From Oikopleura dioica (Eukaryota > Animalia > Chordata), in NCBI GenBank assembly GCA_907165135.1, contig OU015567.1, positions 3,162,001 to 3,226,000 on the forward strand: DNA of 64,000 nucleotides, given 5' to 3'. Position 1 is the first letter of the stretch. Each line of letters starts with the position of its first letter. Made by a program: the position numbers and the translations under genes. This document shows positions 45,290-55,238 of the stretch, piece by piece. Below the pieces are notes generated by a model. The model saw only the letters and a program-made list of their open reading frames with translations, did no database searches and was not told the DNA's origin.

Positions 45290-47002
45290 GGGACCTGGGC
45301 GAGCAGCGCGGAGTCAAAGTTTAAGCGCTCGCCAATATTCTTAGAAATGAGATTTTCTCAATTTTCTTTTTGCAAATCATATCTAATTTTCCTCATTTTT
45401 TTAACCCGCTTTTAGTTTTTCTCTATGATCATTATTTCATGAGCTACATAGAAAAAGAGAAGTTCAATTTCAAAAGGCATCAAGTCCCGCAATGTTCATT
45501 GTAATTTGATGAAACTACCATCATTAGAAAGCTTATCGAATTCTGAACATATCCCAACCAATGCGCAAAGCCTAATCTTTACTTATTAGCGACAAAGTCC
45601 AGATAGACACAGAATCTTAGCGCGCATCAGGGCGCGGCGCGGTGGGAGCTATAGGTGCAACTTCTGCGCTCTCCTGGGAGAGGAACTAACGTTTAGTGTC
45701 AGAACAATCTCCTTGGACAAAGAATGCTTCTTGGCACCATCTATTCTAGCAGGGTCATATATTATGATTTTTGTCACTCATATTCTCTTTATGCCACAGA
45801 AAAATAAAAGAAAGTCTAATGGCAAAAAACAAAAAAATCAAGAAAGTAAAAAATTTCGAATTGACAGCTACCGATGTGAGCCTGTAACAGTCGTCTTCGT
45901 ATCTCTTCTTTCGCTTACCTCCATCTTCAACGTTTTTGCATGCCAAAAATGCAAAAAAATCGGAAACTTCAGAACCAGCTTCTCGAAGATAAATCTCCTG
46001 AATTTCTATCTCAACATCATTTGCAACAACTACGTTTGGAGCTATGGAAGCTGGCTTCTCCCCGAAAAATTCAACACTGCCTTCCAAGCAGCGAAAACTT
46101 GCACCGGAATCGTCGAGACTCAGATGAGCAGATTTCTCGCGATGATTGGAACGAGTGGAACAACGAAAAATAGCGAAAAAAGGATGCCAGACTTCATGCA
46201 CTCGAGCTCGACCGCCAAAAGTCTCCAAGACTTCGTCGATCAGAAAATCATCGATCTTGCGAAGAAATCGATTTTTGCTGCTAGAACTTCACTCATATCA
46301 GAAGCACGAAGAAAACAATCAAAGACTGTTGATGTAGCAATAGATGGGTGTTATAATGATACTGGTAGGTCAGGGCTGTAGTTGGACAATTTGTAGAGAC
46401 TTTTTCGACAAAATTTTAGGGCTGTAATTGGACAAAAGTCTTTTAAGAGAATTTTTCCACAAATATTCTAGGGCTGTTATTGGACAGAAGTCAACATGTT
46501 TGCTCGGAAAATTCTACGGGCTTTAATTAGCCAATTTGTAATAACCGGATATATAATTCTTTTTTTTGGGCCATAAACGAAATTGGGCGCAAGCTTGCAT
46601 CGTCAGTTGTGTCGCAAAAGTTCGTAGAAGATTCAAAATCATCGGCAATCAGTGTGTCAAAAAGCCGCAAGAAATCACCGATGAGTAACTCGAATCAAAT
46701 GGAAAGGGATTCATCGCTCCTCGAGGAACATCATCATCAAGCTTAGAAAGAATCGGCGTGCGTGAGGTCTTCGAACACACTCTTCTTCAAATTCATCATG
46801 AACTTCCCGACGCAGTCATCAAAATCGCCTGTGACCAAGACGCGAAGATTCGTGATCCGAAGAATACAAATATTTTCATCGATGAAGAGCGAAGTTATCA
46901 ACTCATGATTCCGATGGACCACGTCGCCTTTGTTGACGATCGAGCCCACATCAGCATAAATGTCCATGGAACTTTCCAGCGGCATCTCAAGACTGGTTCA
47001 TC
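45290..47002 (+). mobile_element. Truncated DDE DNA transposon (Kolobok-like or Mutator-related): left end plus degenerate transposase
   Basis: Starts TTAA|GGGACCTGGG exactly where similarity to the paralogous empty site (54958-54961) ends. Coding remnants: CQKC...VAIDGCYNDTG|HKRNW...SSSLERIGVREVF...IACDQDAKIR...DDRAH. There is an in-frame TAA near 46687 and no AG at the expected acceptor. Confidence 0.65.
46372..46535. repeat. ~48-50-bp degenerate tandem repeat (4 units starting AGGGCTGT.ATTGGAC) inside the putative transposase intron
   Basis: Units start near 46372, 46419, 46469 and 46517. Confidence 0.75.
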
Positions 47003-47612
47003 AGGAGGCGTCACAGTCGATCCGATGGGATGCGATTGTAAGTGCAGCTCAAGAGAACGATTATTTTTAGTCGAGCGGTTTGAGGGACTACTTTACTTTG
47101 GAAAAGACATTCAGCTCGAGCACAGTAGTTCATGGATGGACGGAAGTGAAACTGTATCGAATTTCGTCATGAGAGTATATCTTCAAAAAGACGAAGCGAC
47201 CCCGTAAGTTCTAGCCCTTCGCTTTGGGGATGGGATCTGAGCATAGACTTCAACCAAGAACTCACAGGATTGACGATTTACGGGACGAGGATTCAAAAGG
47301 TCGATCCAATTTGGAAAATCAGCGGCTCTTTCGGCTCTTGATATGTCAAGTTTGGCCCGACAGAGGAACTCAACCTTTTGCAAGCAGACGAATTTACGTT
47401 CTCATTCGAGACAAGATCGAAAACAGTACCACAGATTGAAAATGCGTATTTCTGCGGACATTCCATTTAATTTTGAAAATTCGGGAAAAATAAATAAGAA
47501 AATATTTCAGAAACCCTGTCGTGGAGGAAATCGTATCAGCGTTGTTTTGACGAGTTTTTTCTCTGTGCAAAGAGCTTTCTCCCTAAAAAATTCGAAAATG
47601 TTCACATTTTAA

Positions 47613-47818
47613 GGAGCCCCCCCCCCCCGTCAACAATTTTCGAAAAATCTATTTTCGGAATTTCAGAATTATGACCCCGGAAATGGATTCTACAGGTCAA
47701 AAAACGATTTTGAGATGAATGAACTTATGATAAATTGAACTTCCAGGAACACTTAGAAGCCAAAATATGGCTTTTTTGAAATTTTCGATTTTTCGAGGAA
47801 AATTGTTGACGGGGGTCC
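47613..47818. mobile_element. 206-bp MITE with TTAA target-site duplication and GG...CC ends
   Basis: TTAA at 47609-47612 and 47819-47822; inverted ends GG..CCCCCGTCAACAATTTT / AAAATTGTTGACGGGGGTCC; absent from copy A near 43205. Confidence 0.88.
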
Positions 47819-48474
47819 TTAAGCGCGCAATTACCTTTTATCTTTCGAGGCAAGGAGTATTCCAGACTTTATTCTATATCGAAACCGTTGTGGAACTAAG
47901 GAATTGACTAAATGAAAGAAATTCATAACTCAGTTACCATAGGGGTTATCTGGGCACCAAGAAAATCCATTTGTTCCGTTTTGAAAATCATCTCTGTCAA
48001 TTCCAGCATCGATTCGAAATCTAGAATGAAGGTTATTGCTGGAAATAAGTTCGACTTCTTACATAGACTTATAAGAGTCTTTGTGGTAGTCAGCTGTAAC
48101 GTAGGACGAAGAATCATTGTGGAGATGATACTTTTCAGCAAAAGTCCTATTCAGCTGAAGAACCTCGCATTCGTAGTGGTTCCGTACGCGGATTTTAACC
48201 TTGCCGCTTTCGTCGAAAACATCGTCCTCGCAAATGTACCCGAAGAAGGAGGGCGCTTCAAAGAGGGATCGTTTTGTCGTTGGTTCTCGAAGAAGCCGAT
48301 CATGATCCTATCTTGTTATCATGTTTTTATCGCGCAACGTATTTATGCGGAGCGCGCTGCATTTTCTACTCACTTCGTTCTCGCTGCTCCTCGGAGCACT
48401 ACAAAATATACCAGTTCTTTTTCTACGCTAGACCGAGTTCGTGTTTTTGCAGTTATTCGAGAGCCAACATAAAA

Positions 48475-48485
48475 TGGTACCAGGA
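48475..48485 (+). promoter_or_regulatory. Primer-binding site TGGTACCAGGA
   Basis: Lies 5 nt after the 5' LTR and begins TGG. It is complementary to the 3' end (…TCCTGGTA-CCA) recalled for metazoan tRNA-Leu(UAA); the tRNA identity is inference. Confidence 0.7.
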
Positions 48486-48926
48486 CTACTAGAACCCTCG
48501 CCCTTCATCTAAAAAACTTCGTTTTTTTTTGTTGGAGTCTCGTCAAATCTTCGCTGGTAGAGAACGGAGCCGCTTGCCCATCCCCTGGACATCCTAAAAA
48601 TCAACTGTTAAGCTGACGCTTGAATCAAACCGCCCACGGGCGTCACTCTTTAACCGTGCCGAGTTCTCGGCCACACAAAGAGTGCCCAAACAAGGTAATC
48701 CTGATCTTCTCGAGCCTAACCGTCGCGTGTTTTTCGCCTTCAACACTCGCTACGACTACCTCAGCACCGTCAACCACTGTCACGCCGATTTCTTAAGCTG
48801 GCACGAGAATCAAATCGCGTACGCGCGTCACTCTTTAACGCTGCCGGTTTACCGGCCACATAAAGAGTGCCCACCAAAGGTATTTTGACCTGCTGAGCCA
48901 ATTACCTCGACTTTTTATCGCCCGTC

Positions 48927-50011
48927 ATGACCGACCTGGAGATGCTCAAGAAATGGTCCGAGGAAGTCGAATCGAAGCTCAATACCTTGGACGTCAGTTC
49001 CTCCGAGTACGCCACTAACAACGATCTTCTTAAGGCCTTGAAAGCCAAAATCATCGCCGCGCTGAAAACTGCGCCAGTTCCTAACGCCAAATCTCCCAAC
49101 GGCGATCTCACGCGCGATCAAACGGCATCTTGACGTTCGTCCGAGTCCGCGCTCTCGACACTCGAGTTCACCGGCCGCGATTTTGATCGCACGGCACAAT
49201 TTCTCGTGCTTGTCGACAAGATCTACGACACCTACATCGACTCCGACGCCGCGCTTGAAGCTCCCTTCGTCAAGCAAGTAAAAATGCGACTTGCCGAGAA
49301 TCCCTACGCCCGACTCAAGGCATCCACGACTTCTACTTCAACCTGGGCCGAGCTGAAAGCCTGGATTACCGCCAACTTTGATAGCGGTCTCACGTCTATT
49401 CAACTGCTCACTCGGGCGATCGAGACCGACTACAAGAAAAATTCCTGCTGGAAAGCCTTCGCCACAGACGTCGACTCTCGCATGTCCGCCGCTAAAGCCG
49501 CAGTTGTCGATCAGATACGAGCCCGCAATGCCAAAATTAACGGCAAAAGCAGTGACCACGACGACAACGCGCCATCTGTCGATGACATCTTTTCCTTCTT
49601 CAGCGCCGCCGTTGTGGCAGAGAGACTGAAATCACATGCTGGCCAAATCCACTCCCTCCTCGCGCAAGAATGGAAATCGGTCAACAACGCCGCCGACCTT
49701 GCCTGCAAAGCCGAGTACATTATTGCGCAAACCGGCCGCTCATCTTCTGCCTTCTACACAAGCTACTCCAAGCCGAGCACCAAGCCCGCCACTTCCTCTG
49801 ACAAAAGCCCGATCAGAAAAAGACCGGCAAAAAGTGGCGCGAGCCTTGTAAATGGGGCAAAGACTGCCGCAAAGGCAAAGCCGGCAAATGCGAACTCTAC
49901 CACGGCCCTGGCTTCGGCTCCAAATCCCAATCTACTGCATTTGTCGCCAAGGACAAAGTTCCACAGCAGTCACAGTCGCTTCTCGTCGAGTCTTCGGCGG
50001 TTTTTCAATAA
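48927..50011 (+). CDS. gag: Gag-like polyprotein with an in-frame TGA (49131-49133) and a frame change near 49803; C-terminal CCCH finger
   Basis: ORFs 48927-49133 and 49206-50018 share a frame. The -1 frame from 49802 reads KPDQKKTGKKWREPCKWGKDCRKGKAGKCELYHG...SAVFQ* (TAA at 50009-50011). Confidence 0.7.
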
Positions 50012-53000
50012 CTGCTGACGTTACTACGTGTGCAACCTCAGCAGAACTCTTCACTTGCCACACGTACTTCAACCTCGATCTGTCTTTGCGCATCAATGGC
50101 TTCAACCTCAAGTTTCGCGCTCTTGCCGATTCTGGAGCCGCCAAGAACATCATTCCGATGCACATGCTTCCGCCTGCGGTTCACGACTTGATAAAACCGT
50201 GCAACATGACTTTCAACGGATGTGGTACTATGAGTTCTAGCGGCACTATTTTTGGTCGCCTCTCACACGAAGCAACGCCGCATTCGTTCGACCATGTAAC
50301 CTTCTACGTCGTAAAACAGAACTTCCCAGCCATTCTCGGCCGCGAATTTTTCACCGGTCCTCACTTCAAAGATGGCTCGTTTGCTCTCGCCGGTTCTGGC
50401 CTCAATCTCACTCTCCTCGATGGCACTAAAATCGCATTTCCTTGGTCAAATACTCCTCCAGCTCCCGGCTCGCTTCTAAAAGTCATCTCTACCGATGAAA
50501 TGATCAAGGAACTCGCCGAAGACTACGGCATCACCATTGACACCACTTTCTTCAAGGGCGCAGACCTCGACAACCTCGTCCTTCTGATCTACGAGTCCCG
50601 CGACATTTTAAAGCGCGATGGTGACCCTATCGGAGAATTCAAAGAAATGGTGCGCATCCCCACTATCGAAGGCCTCACCAAAGCTCAACGTGAGCGCCCG
50701 ATTCCAAAACACCTGCACCCGGAAGTCAAATCAAACGTTGGTGAAATGGCCTCTGGAGGCATCATCGAGCCTTGTAAAGACGGCAAAGGCTTCCACTCTC
50801 CACTCATCCCCGTTAGAAAGAGCGACGGTGGATTGCGCGTCTGCAGCGACTTCAAGGAATCCCTCAACAAGGTGCTCACCGAAACGACCGATTTCTGGCC
50901 ACTTCCTTCTATGGAAACCATCTTCGCCGACATCCAGCACGGCCACAAAATCTTCTCCTCCCTCGACTTGTCCAAGGCCTACTGGAACTTGGTCATAGAC
51001 CCGCGCGACCGCCACAAAACGAATTTTACATTCGACTCGAAATGCTGGCAATATGTGCGCGTCCCCTTCGGACTTCGATTTTCGGGTGATGCCTTCTGCA
51101 AAGCCATCACCAAGATGCTCTCTAAGGTCACTCTCCAGCAGAATTTCTGCACGTATGTCGACGACATATTAGTGTTTTCCGACGACACGGCTACTCATCT
51201 GGAAGTCCTTCGCCAGATCTTCGCTGCTTGCCGAGAATACGGCGCTCGACTCGGCGCGAAAAAATGCTCATTCGGAAAAGCCTCGACCAGATTCATGGGC
51301 CGAATCATCAGCGCCGAAGGAATCTCCATCCCACCTGAAAACATGGAGCATATTCTAGCGCTCAAACCTCCTACAACGCGCAAACAACTACAGTCACTAA
51401 TCGGCAACTTCTGTTGGCTCAAAAACTGGGTTTCTGCTAACCTTGGACAGCCGATCGCCGAAAACTGCTTCAGCCACGTGATGAGCGAAATCACAGCACT
51501 CAACAAAGCTGGCAAAAAGTTCTACTGGTCCGCCGAGGCCGATTTCGCCTTCGAACAGGCCAAGAAAATGATCGCGTCCCCTAAGGTCTTCGCCTTGCCT
51601 GATTTCTCATCCCCATTTCTCTTGCTAACGGACGCATCAGATCGAGCCGCCGGCGCAGCCCTTATGCAACAGATTGACGGTCGCCAGCGACTAATCGCAG
51701 TCTCCAGCAAGTCTTTCTCCGAAACTGAACGCCGTTGGTCCGCGACCGAGCGCGAATGCTACGCACTTCTCCACGGCTGCGAAAAGTTCGCCTATTACTT
51801 AAAAGGCCCGATTGGCTTCGTCGCTCTGGTCGATCACCGCGCTCTCCTAGCAATCGACAAGAAGTTCTTGAACAACTCGAAACTACAGCGCTGGCAATGT
51901 CGCCTCTCCGAGTTCAAATTCACTGTCCAGTACGTCGAAGGACGCACTCACGTTCTAGCCGACATGCTCTCTCGCCCCTTCGACGAAGTCACATCTGACC
52001 CTATTGTCGACGACACTTGCGCCGGCCACTTCTACAAACTCAACAACGACTCGAACTTGAAGGTCTACATTCCTTCCTGGGTCGCCCCTGCCGAAAAATT
52101 CAAGAAATCGATGCTCCTCCAGCGCAACGAAGAAATTGCTGATCTTTTCACAGTGCGCGCTATCTTGTCTGACGAGCTCAATCCTGCTCTTCCGATTCTA
52201 GAGCTCCGCGAAATAGAACAAGCTCAGTCAGAAGATGCCCTCGTATCTTCCATTCGCAAACTTGTCTCTAGCTCTACTCCTCTCGACAAATGGACATGGC
52301 CCGATGAAATTTATGGCTGTTCCATCTTCAAAAAATACGCTTCTGCCCTCTCCATCCACCAATACTCGAATCTGCTCACCATCAACTGGGGGGGTAGTAC
52401 GCGCATCGTCATTCCCGACTCTCTGGTCGCTCACTACTGCAAAGCTGCTCATGACTTGAAAGGTCATATGGGAGTTGATAGGACTTCGCACTTTCTCAAC
52501 TGGTGCTGGTGGCCATATAAAAACGATGATATCCGCTCCTACGTATCTAGCTGTCTTAACTGCATAAAGCAGAAAGGGTTCGACATGCAGCCTAGCCGCC
52601 CTGACAAAAAACATCTCTACCGCGCCACTCGCCCGCACGAGATCATCTACTGCGACTTCATCACTCTCCCTACTTCTCGCTCTGGTAAGCGCTATTGTTT
52701 GACCGTCCAGTGTGGCTTCTCCCGATGGATTCAAGTTTATCCTACTCACCGCTGCCGAAGCATCGACGCTGCTCGCGGTCTAATGCGCTACTTTCTCGAA
52801 TTCGACTTCCCGAAAATCCTGTCGTCAGATAGAGGTCGACATTTCGATAATGAGGTCCTAGCTGATCTGTGTACACTCATGAAGATCAAACAAAACCTTC
52901 ATGTTAGCTACCGCCCCGAATCATCCGGTGTCATTGAGCGTGCTCACAAGACTCTGAAATCGTCCTTGTGGGGCATGGTGCGAGATAATCCGTCGTTGGA

Positions 53001-53640
53001 CTGGGAAATGGCACTGCCAAGCGTTGTCAGCTGTCTCAACCGCTCCATCAACACCGCCACCAAAATCTCCCCCTACAAGTGCATCTTTGGCCGAGATCCC
53101 TCTTTCAACGGCATCACTCTCGAAAAGCCGATCGGAAATGGCACTCCTTCCTCCTACGCCGTACACGTTGCTGAGCTCTTGGAACGTGCGCATAAATTTG
53201 TGCGACTCAGTCAAGAAGCTGTTGACCGACTAGTGCTTGAAAAAGGTAAGGCTAAAGTGCCGCCCGAAGAAATCACCGCTGGCCACCTTGTCATGCTCAA
53301 ACGCGAGTTCGCCGCTGCTGCTAAGCCAGGAAAACAAAAATGGCTCGGCCCGTTCCGTGTTCTTGCCACCGACGATGTCATTCTACAGATCGACCTCGAT
53401 TCTAAGCCAACTTGGGTACACCGCTATCATGTGGTCAAAGCCAAAATTCGCCCAACTCGCCTCGATCCCGACTTACTTGATCTCTACGATGAACCTGATC
53501 CGCCGCCTCAAAATCCAGAAAACGTTCAACAAAAATTACCTGGTGAAAATTCATCTTCTTCTGCGGCGGGCGAATCTCTACGTCGTTCGAAAAGAAACCG
53601 ACGCCAACCCGACCGATTGCAGTATCCAGCAGCTCGGTAG
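49999..53640 (+). CDS. pol: Pol polyprotein (protease, RT, RNase H, integrase), probably entered by -1 frameshift
   Basis: ALADSGA (PR), TYVDD (RT), LLTDASD and DHRAL (RH), H-x4-H...C-x2-C, CDFI / SDRG / IERAH (IN), and GPF motif. The frame is uninterrupted from 49852 to 53640. Confidence 0.96.
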   Translation, partial: GFSITADVTTCATSAELFTCHTYFNLDLSLRINGFNLKFRALADSGAAKNIIPMHMLPPAVHDLIKPCNMTFNGCGTMSSSGTIFGRLSHEATPHSFDHVTFYVVKQNFPAILGREFFTGPHFKDGSFALAGSGLNLTLLDGTKIAFPWSNTPPAPGSLLKVISTDEMIKELAEDYGITIDTTFFKGADLDNLVLLIYESRDILKRDGDPIGEFKEMVRIPTIEGLTKAQRERPIPKHLHPEVKSNVGEMASGGIIEPCKDGKGFHSPLIPVRKSDGGLRVCSDFKESLNKVLTETTDFWPLPSMETIFADIQHGHKIFSSLDLSKAYWNLVIDPRDRHKTNFTFDSKCWQYVRVPFGLRFSGDAFCKAITKMLSKVTLQQNFCTYVDDILVFSDDTATHLEVLRQIFAACREYGARLGAKKCSFGKASTRFMGRIISAEGISIPPENMEHILALKPPTTRKQLQSLIGNFCWLKNWVSANLGQPIAENCFSHVMSEITALNKAGKKFYWSAEADFAFEQAKKMIASPKVFALPDFSSPFLLLTDASDRAAGAALMQQIDGRQRLIAVSSKSFSETERRWSATERECYALLHGCEKFAYYLKGPIGFVALVDHRALLAIDKKFLNNSKLQRWQCRLSEFKFTVQYVEGRTHVLADMLSRPFDEVTSDPIVDDTCAGHFYKLNNDSNLKVYIPSWVAPAEKFKKSMLLQRNEEIADLFTVRAILSDELNPALPILELREIEQAQSEDALVSSIRKLVSSSTPLDKWTWPDEIYGCSIFKKYASALSIHQYSNLLTINWGGSTRIVIPDSLVAHYCKAAHDLKGHMGVDRTSHFLNWCWWPYKNDDIRSYVSSCLNCIKQKGFDMQPSRPDKKHLYRATRPHEIIYCDFITLPTSRSGKRYCLTVQCGFSRWIQVYPTHRCRSIDAARGLMRYFLEFDFPKILSSDRGRHFDNEVLADLCTLMKIKQNLHVSYRPESSGVIERAHKTLKSSLWGMVRDNPSLDWEMALPSVVSCLNRSINTATKISPYKCIFGRDPSFNGITLEKPIGNGTPSSYAVHVAELLERAHKFVRLSQEAVDRLVLEKGKAKVPPEEITAGHLVMLKREFAAAAKPGKQKWLGPFRVLATDDVILQIDLDSKPTWVHRYHVVKAKIRPTRLDPDLLDLYDEPDPPPQNPENVQQKLPGENSSSSAAGESLRRSKRNRRQPDRLQYPAAR

Positions 53641-55238
53641 CTCATGATTAATTTCATGAGATTTATTTCTCGACTTTTTCACCGTATTTCAGTCGCTGAT
53701 TGTCCTAGCCAATCAGAGGCCTGCTTCCGCTTTCCCTTCTGGTCGCCGCTTTTTCCCTTCCGAACCGCCGCGCTCGCGCTCTAAACCTGCGCCGCGCGTC
53801 CAGCCAACTCAACTCTTCAACCTAGAATCGTCATCGTCTGGGGGGCTGTCGTTGGTTCTCGAAGAAGCCGATCATGATCCTATCTTGTTATCATGTTTTT
53901 ATCGCGCAACGTATTTATGCGGAGCGCGCTGCATTTTCTACTCACTTCGTTCTCGCTGCTCCTCGGAGCACTACAAAATATACCAGTTCTTTTTCTACGC
54001 TAGACCGAGTTCGTGTTTTTGCAGTTATTCGAGAGCCAACAGTTTTGTGCTCTGCAGGCAAGGTTTCGCGCGTCGTGGGTTCTCTGCGTCCATTGAACGA
54101 TCTTCAGTTCCAACTAGTTGCATTCTTTTGTTCGTCATACTAAATGTTTGGCTCGACAAAATGTTAAAATTTTTTCTAAAGTTTGTAAATTCGGTTGGGG
54201 TGGTCTTTAGGGGGTTTGCTTGCCTCTGATTGGCCGATGCAAAAAATGGTCTCTGACCACCCCACCCCCCAAAAATCCATTCCTGATTGCTGAGCCGACC
54301 TTTCGAACAAATTTAACCAATCTGATTCAAATATTTCAGAAACTTCCAATTCGCCAGCAGTTAAATTGACTCTTGACTTCAACCAAAATCCATTCTTTAG
54401 CATATAACTTTTGTTACTTGATACATGCTCATCCGAAACGAGGTCTAGATCGAACCGATCACAGAAACGCTCCGCCTCCGAGTAGTATAGCCAGTTTTCG
54501 GAAATAATCGAGTTCGCCAAATATGTCTCTGTTTGTGTTCCATTGTTTGTTTTTCGTCGAAAAAGGACTGTTAAATTTTTGTATTTATCATTGTCAAATC
54601 TTGAGGAAGTTATCACTGGTCTCATTTCTGTCTCGGGGAAAAGGTCCACGTGGTTCTCAAAGTAAACCAGACCAGCAATTGAAAGTAAAATGATGAAAAC
54701 AATAACAAATAAACTGCAGCATTCTTTTTTCATTTTTGTGATATTCGGAATTTGATATTTTCGACAGTTATGGCAATCGCGGTAGTTTTAAATGGTTGAG
54801 TGAACTCAAATTATTAAAATAAATGCTTTTGATAAGGCGGTGTGTTATCGGTATCTTCAAAAGAGACATCCTTATTGGGAAAGAACGAGAGTTGCTTTTT
54901 CTCAATTTAGTGATAAAGTATCACGAGAAAGAGCCAGTGAAAATTTATAGGATTAATTTAAAATAAAACACTTTCGGCATTCAAAAATCAAATCAAATTG
55001 ATTTTGAATAAAGTTCATTTTGGAGTTAAAACAACGAAAACCGTGAAAATCGTGGCGAGGCATTTAAATTCCGTTGTATTCCGCGTAACAGATCGATTTT
55101 CATTGGAACTCTCACATTATATGAATTTTGGCAAAAGTCAATGATTTGGAGCGTTATTTTTGCGAATGCATAGAGCTGCATTTTTTTCTTTCTAAATCTC
55201 TTTTTGTTAAATAACGGTTTTATAAAAAAGAAGGCAAG

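Larger units (their letters stand above)
48275..54041 (+). mobile_element. Ty3/gypsy LTR retrotransposon (Tor-like), full length, no env ORF
   Basis: Two 195-bp LTRs (48275-48469 and 53847-54041), TG...CA, identical on visual comparison. 4-bp TSD GTTT; PBS at 48475; G-rich PPT before 53847; PR-RT-RH-IN order. Confidence 0.97.
47930..54733 (-). pseudogene. Type II membrane lectin-like gene, copy B, interrupted by the LTR retrotransposon
   Basis: ORF 54176-54733 is paralogous to 44512-45069, and the next exon is split at 48274/54042. The 3' end is approximate. Confidence 0.55.
47003..54961. repeat. Segmental duplicate (copy B) of 42570-45289, carrying a MITE and an LTR retrotransposon
   Basis: 47003-47610 matches 42570-43200, 47823-48274 matches ~43210-43670, and 54042-54961 matches ~43670-43697 plus 44453-45289. 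Confidence 0.9.

Noticed and set aside
48609-48900. Self-cleaving ribozyme in the retroelement leader
   Set aside because: Neither the hammerhead core (CTGATGA...GAAA) nor an HDV-like nested pseudoknot was found; reported only as covarying hairpins.
49852-49854. ATG as the start of pol
   Set aside because: The first ~50 codons overlap the CCCH-gag frame and look non-conserved; the slippery site plus pseudoknot explains pol entry better.
53640-53846. env gene in the LTR element
   Set aside because: Only ~200 nt separate the pol stop from the 3' LTR, and no TM-containing ORF lies elsewhere inside the element.
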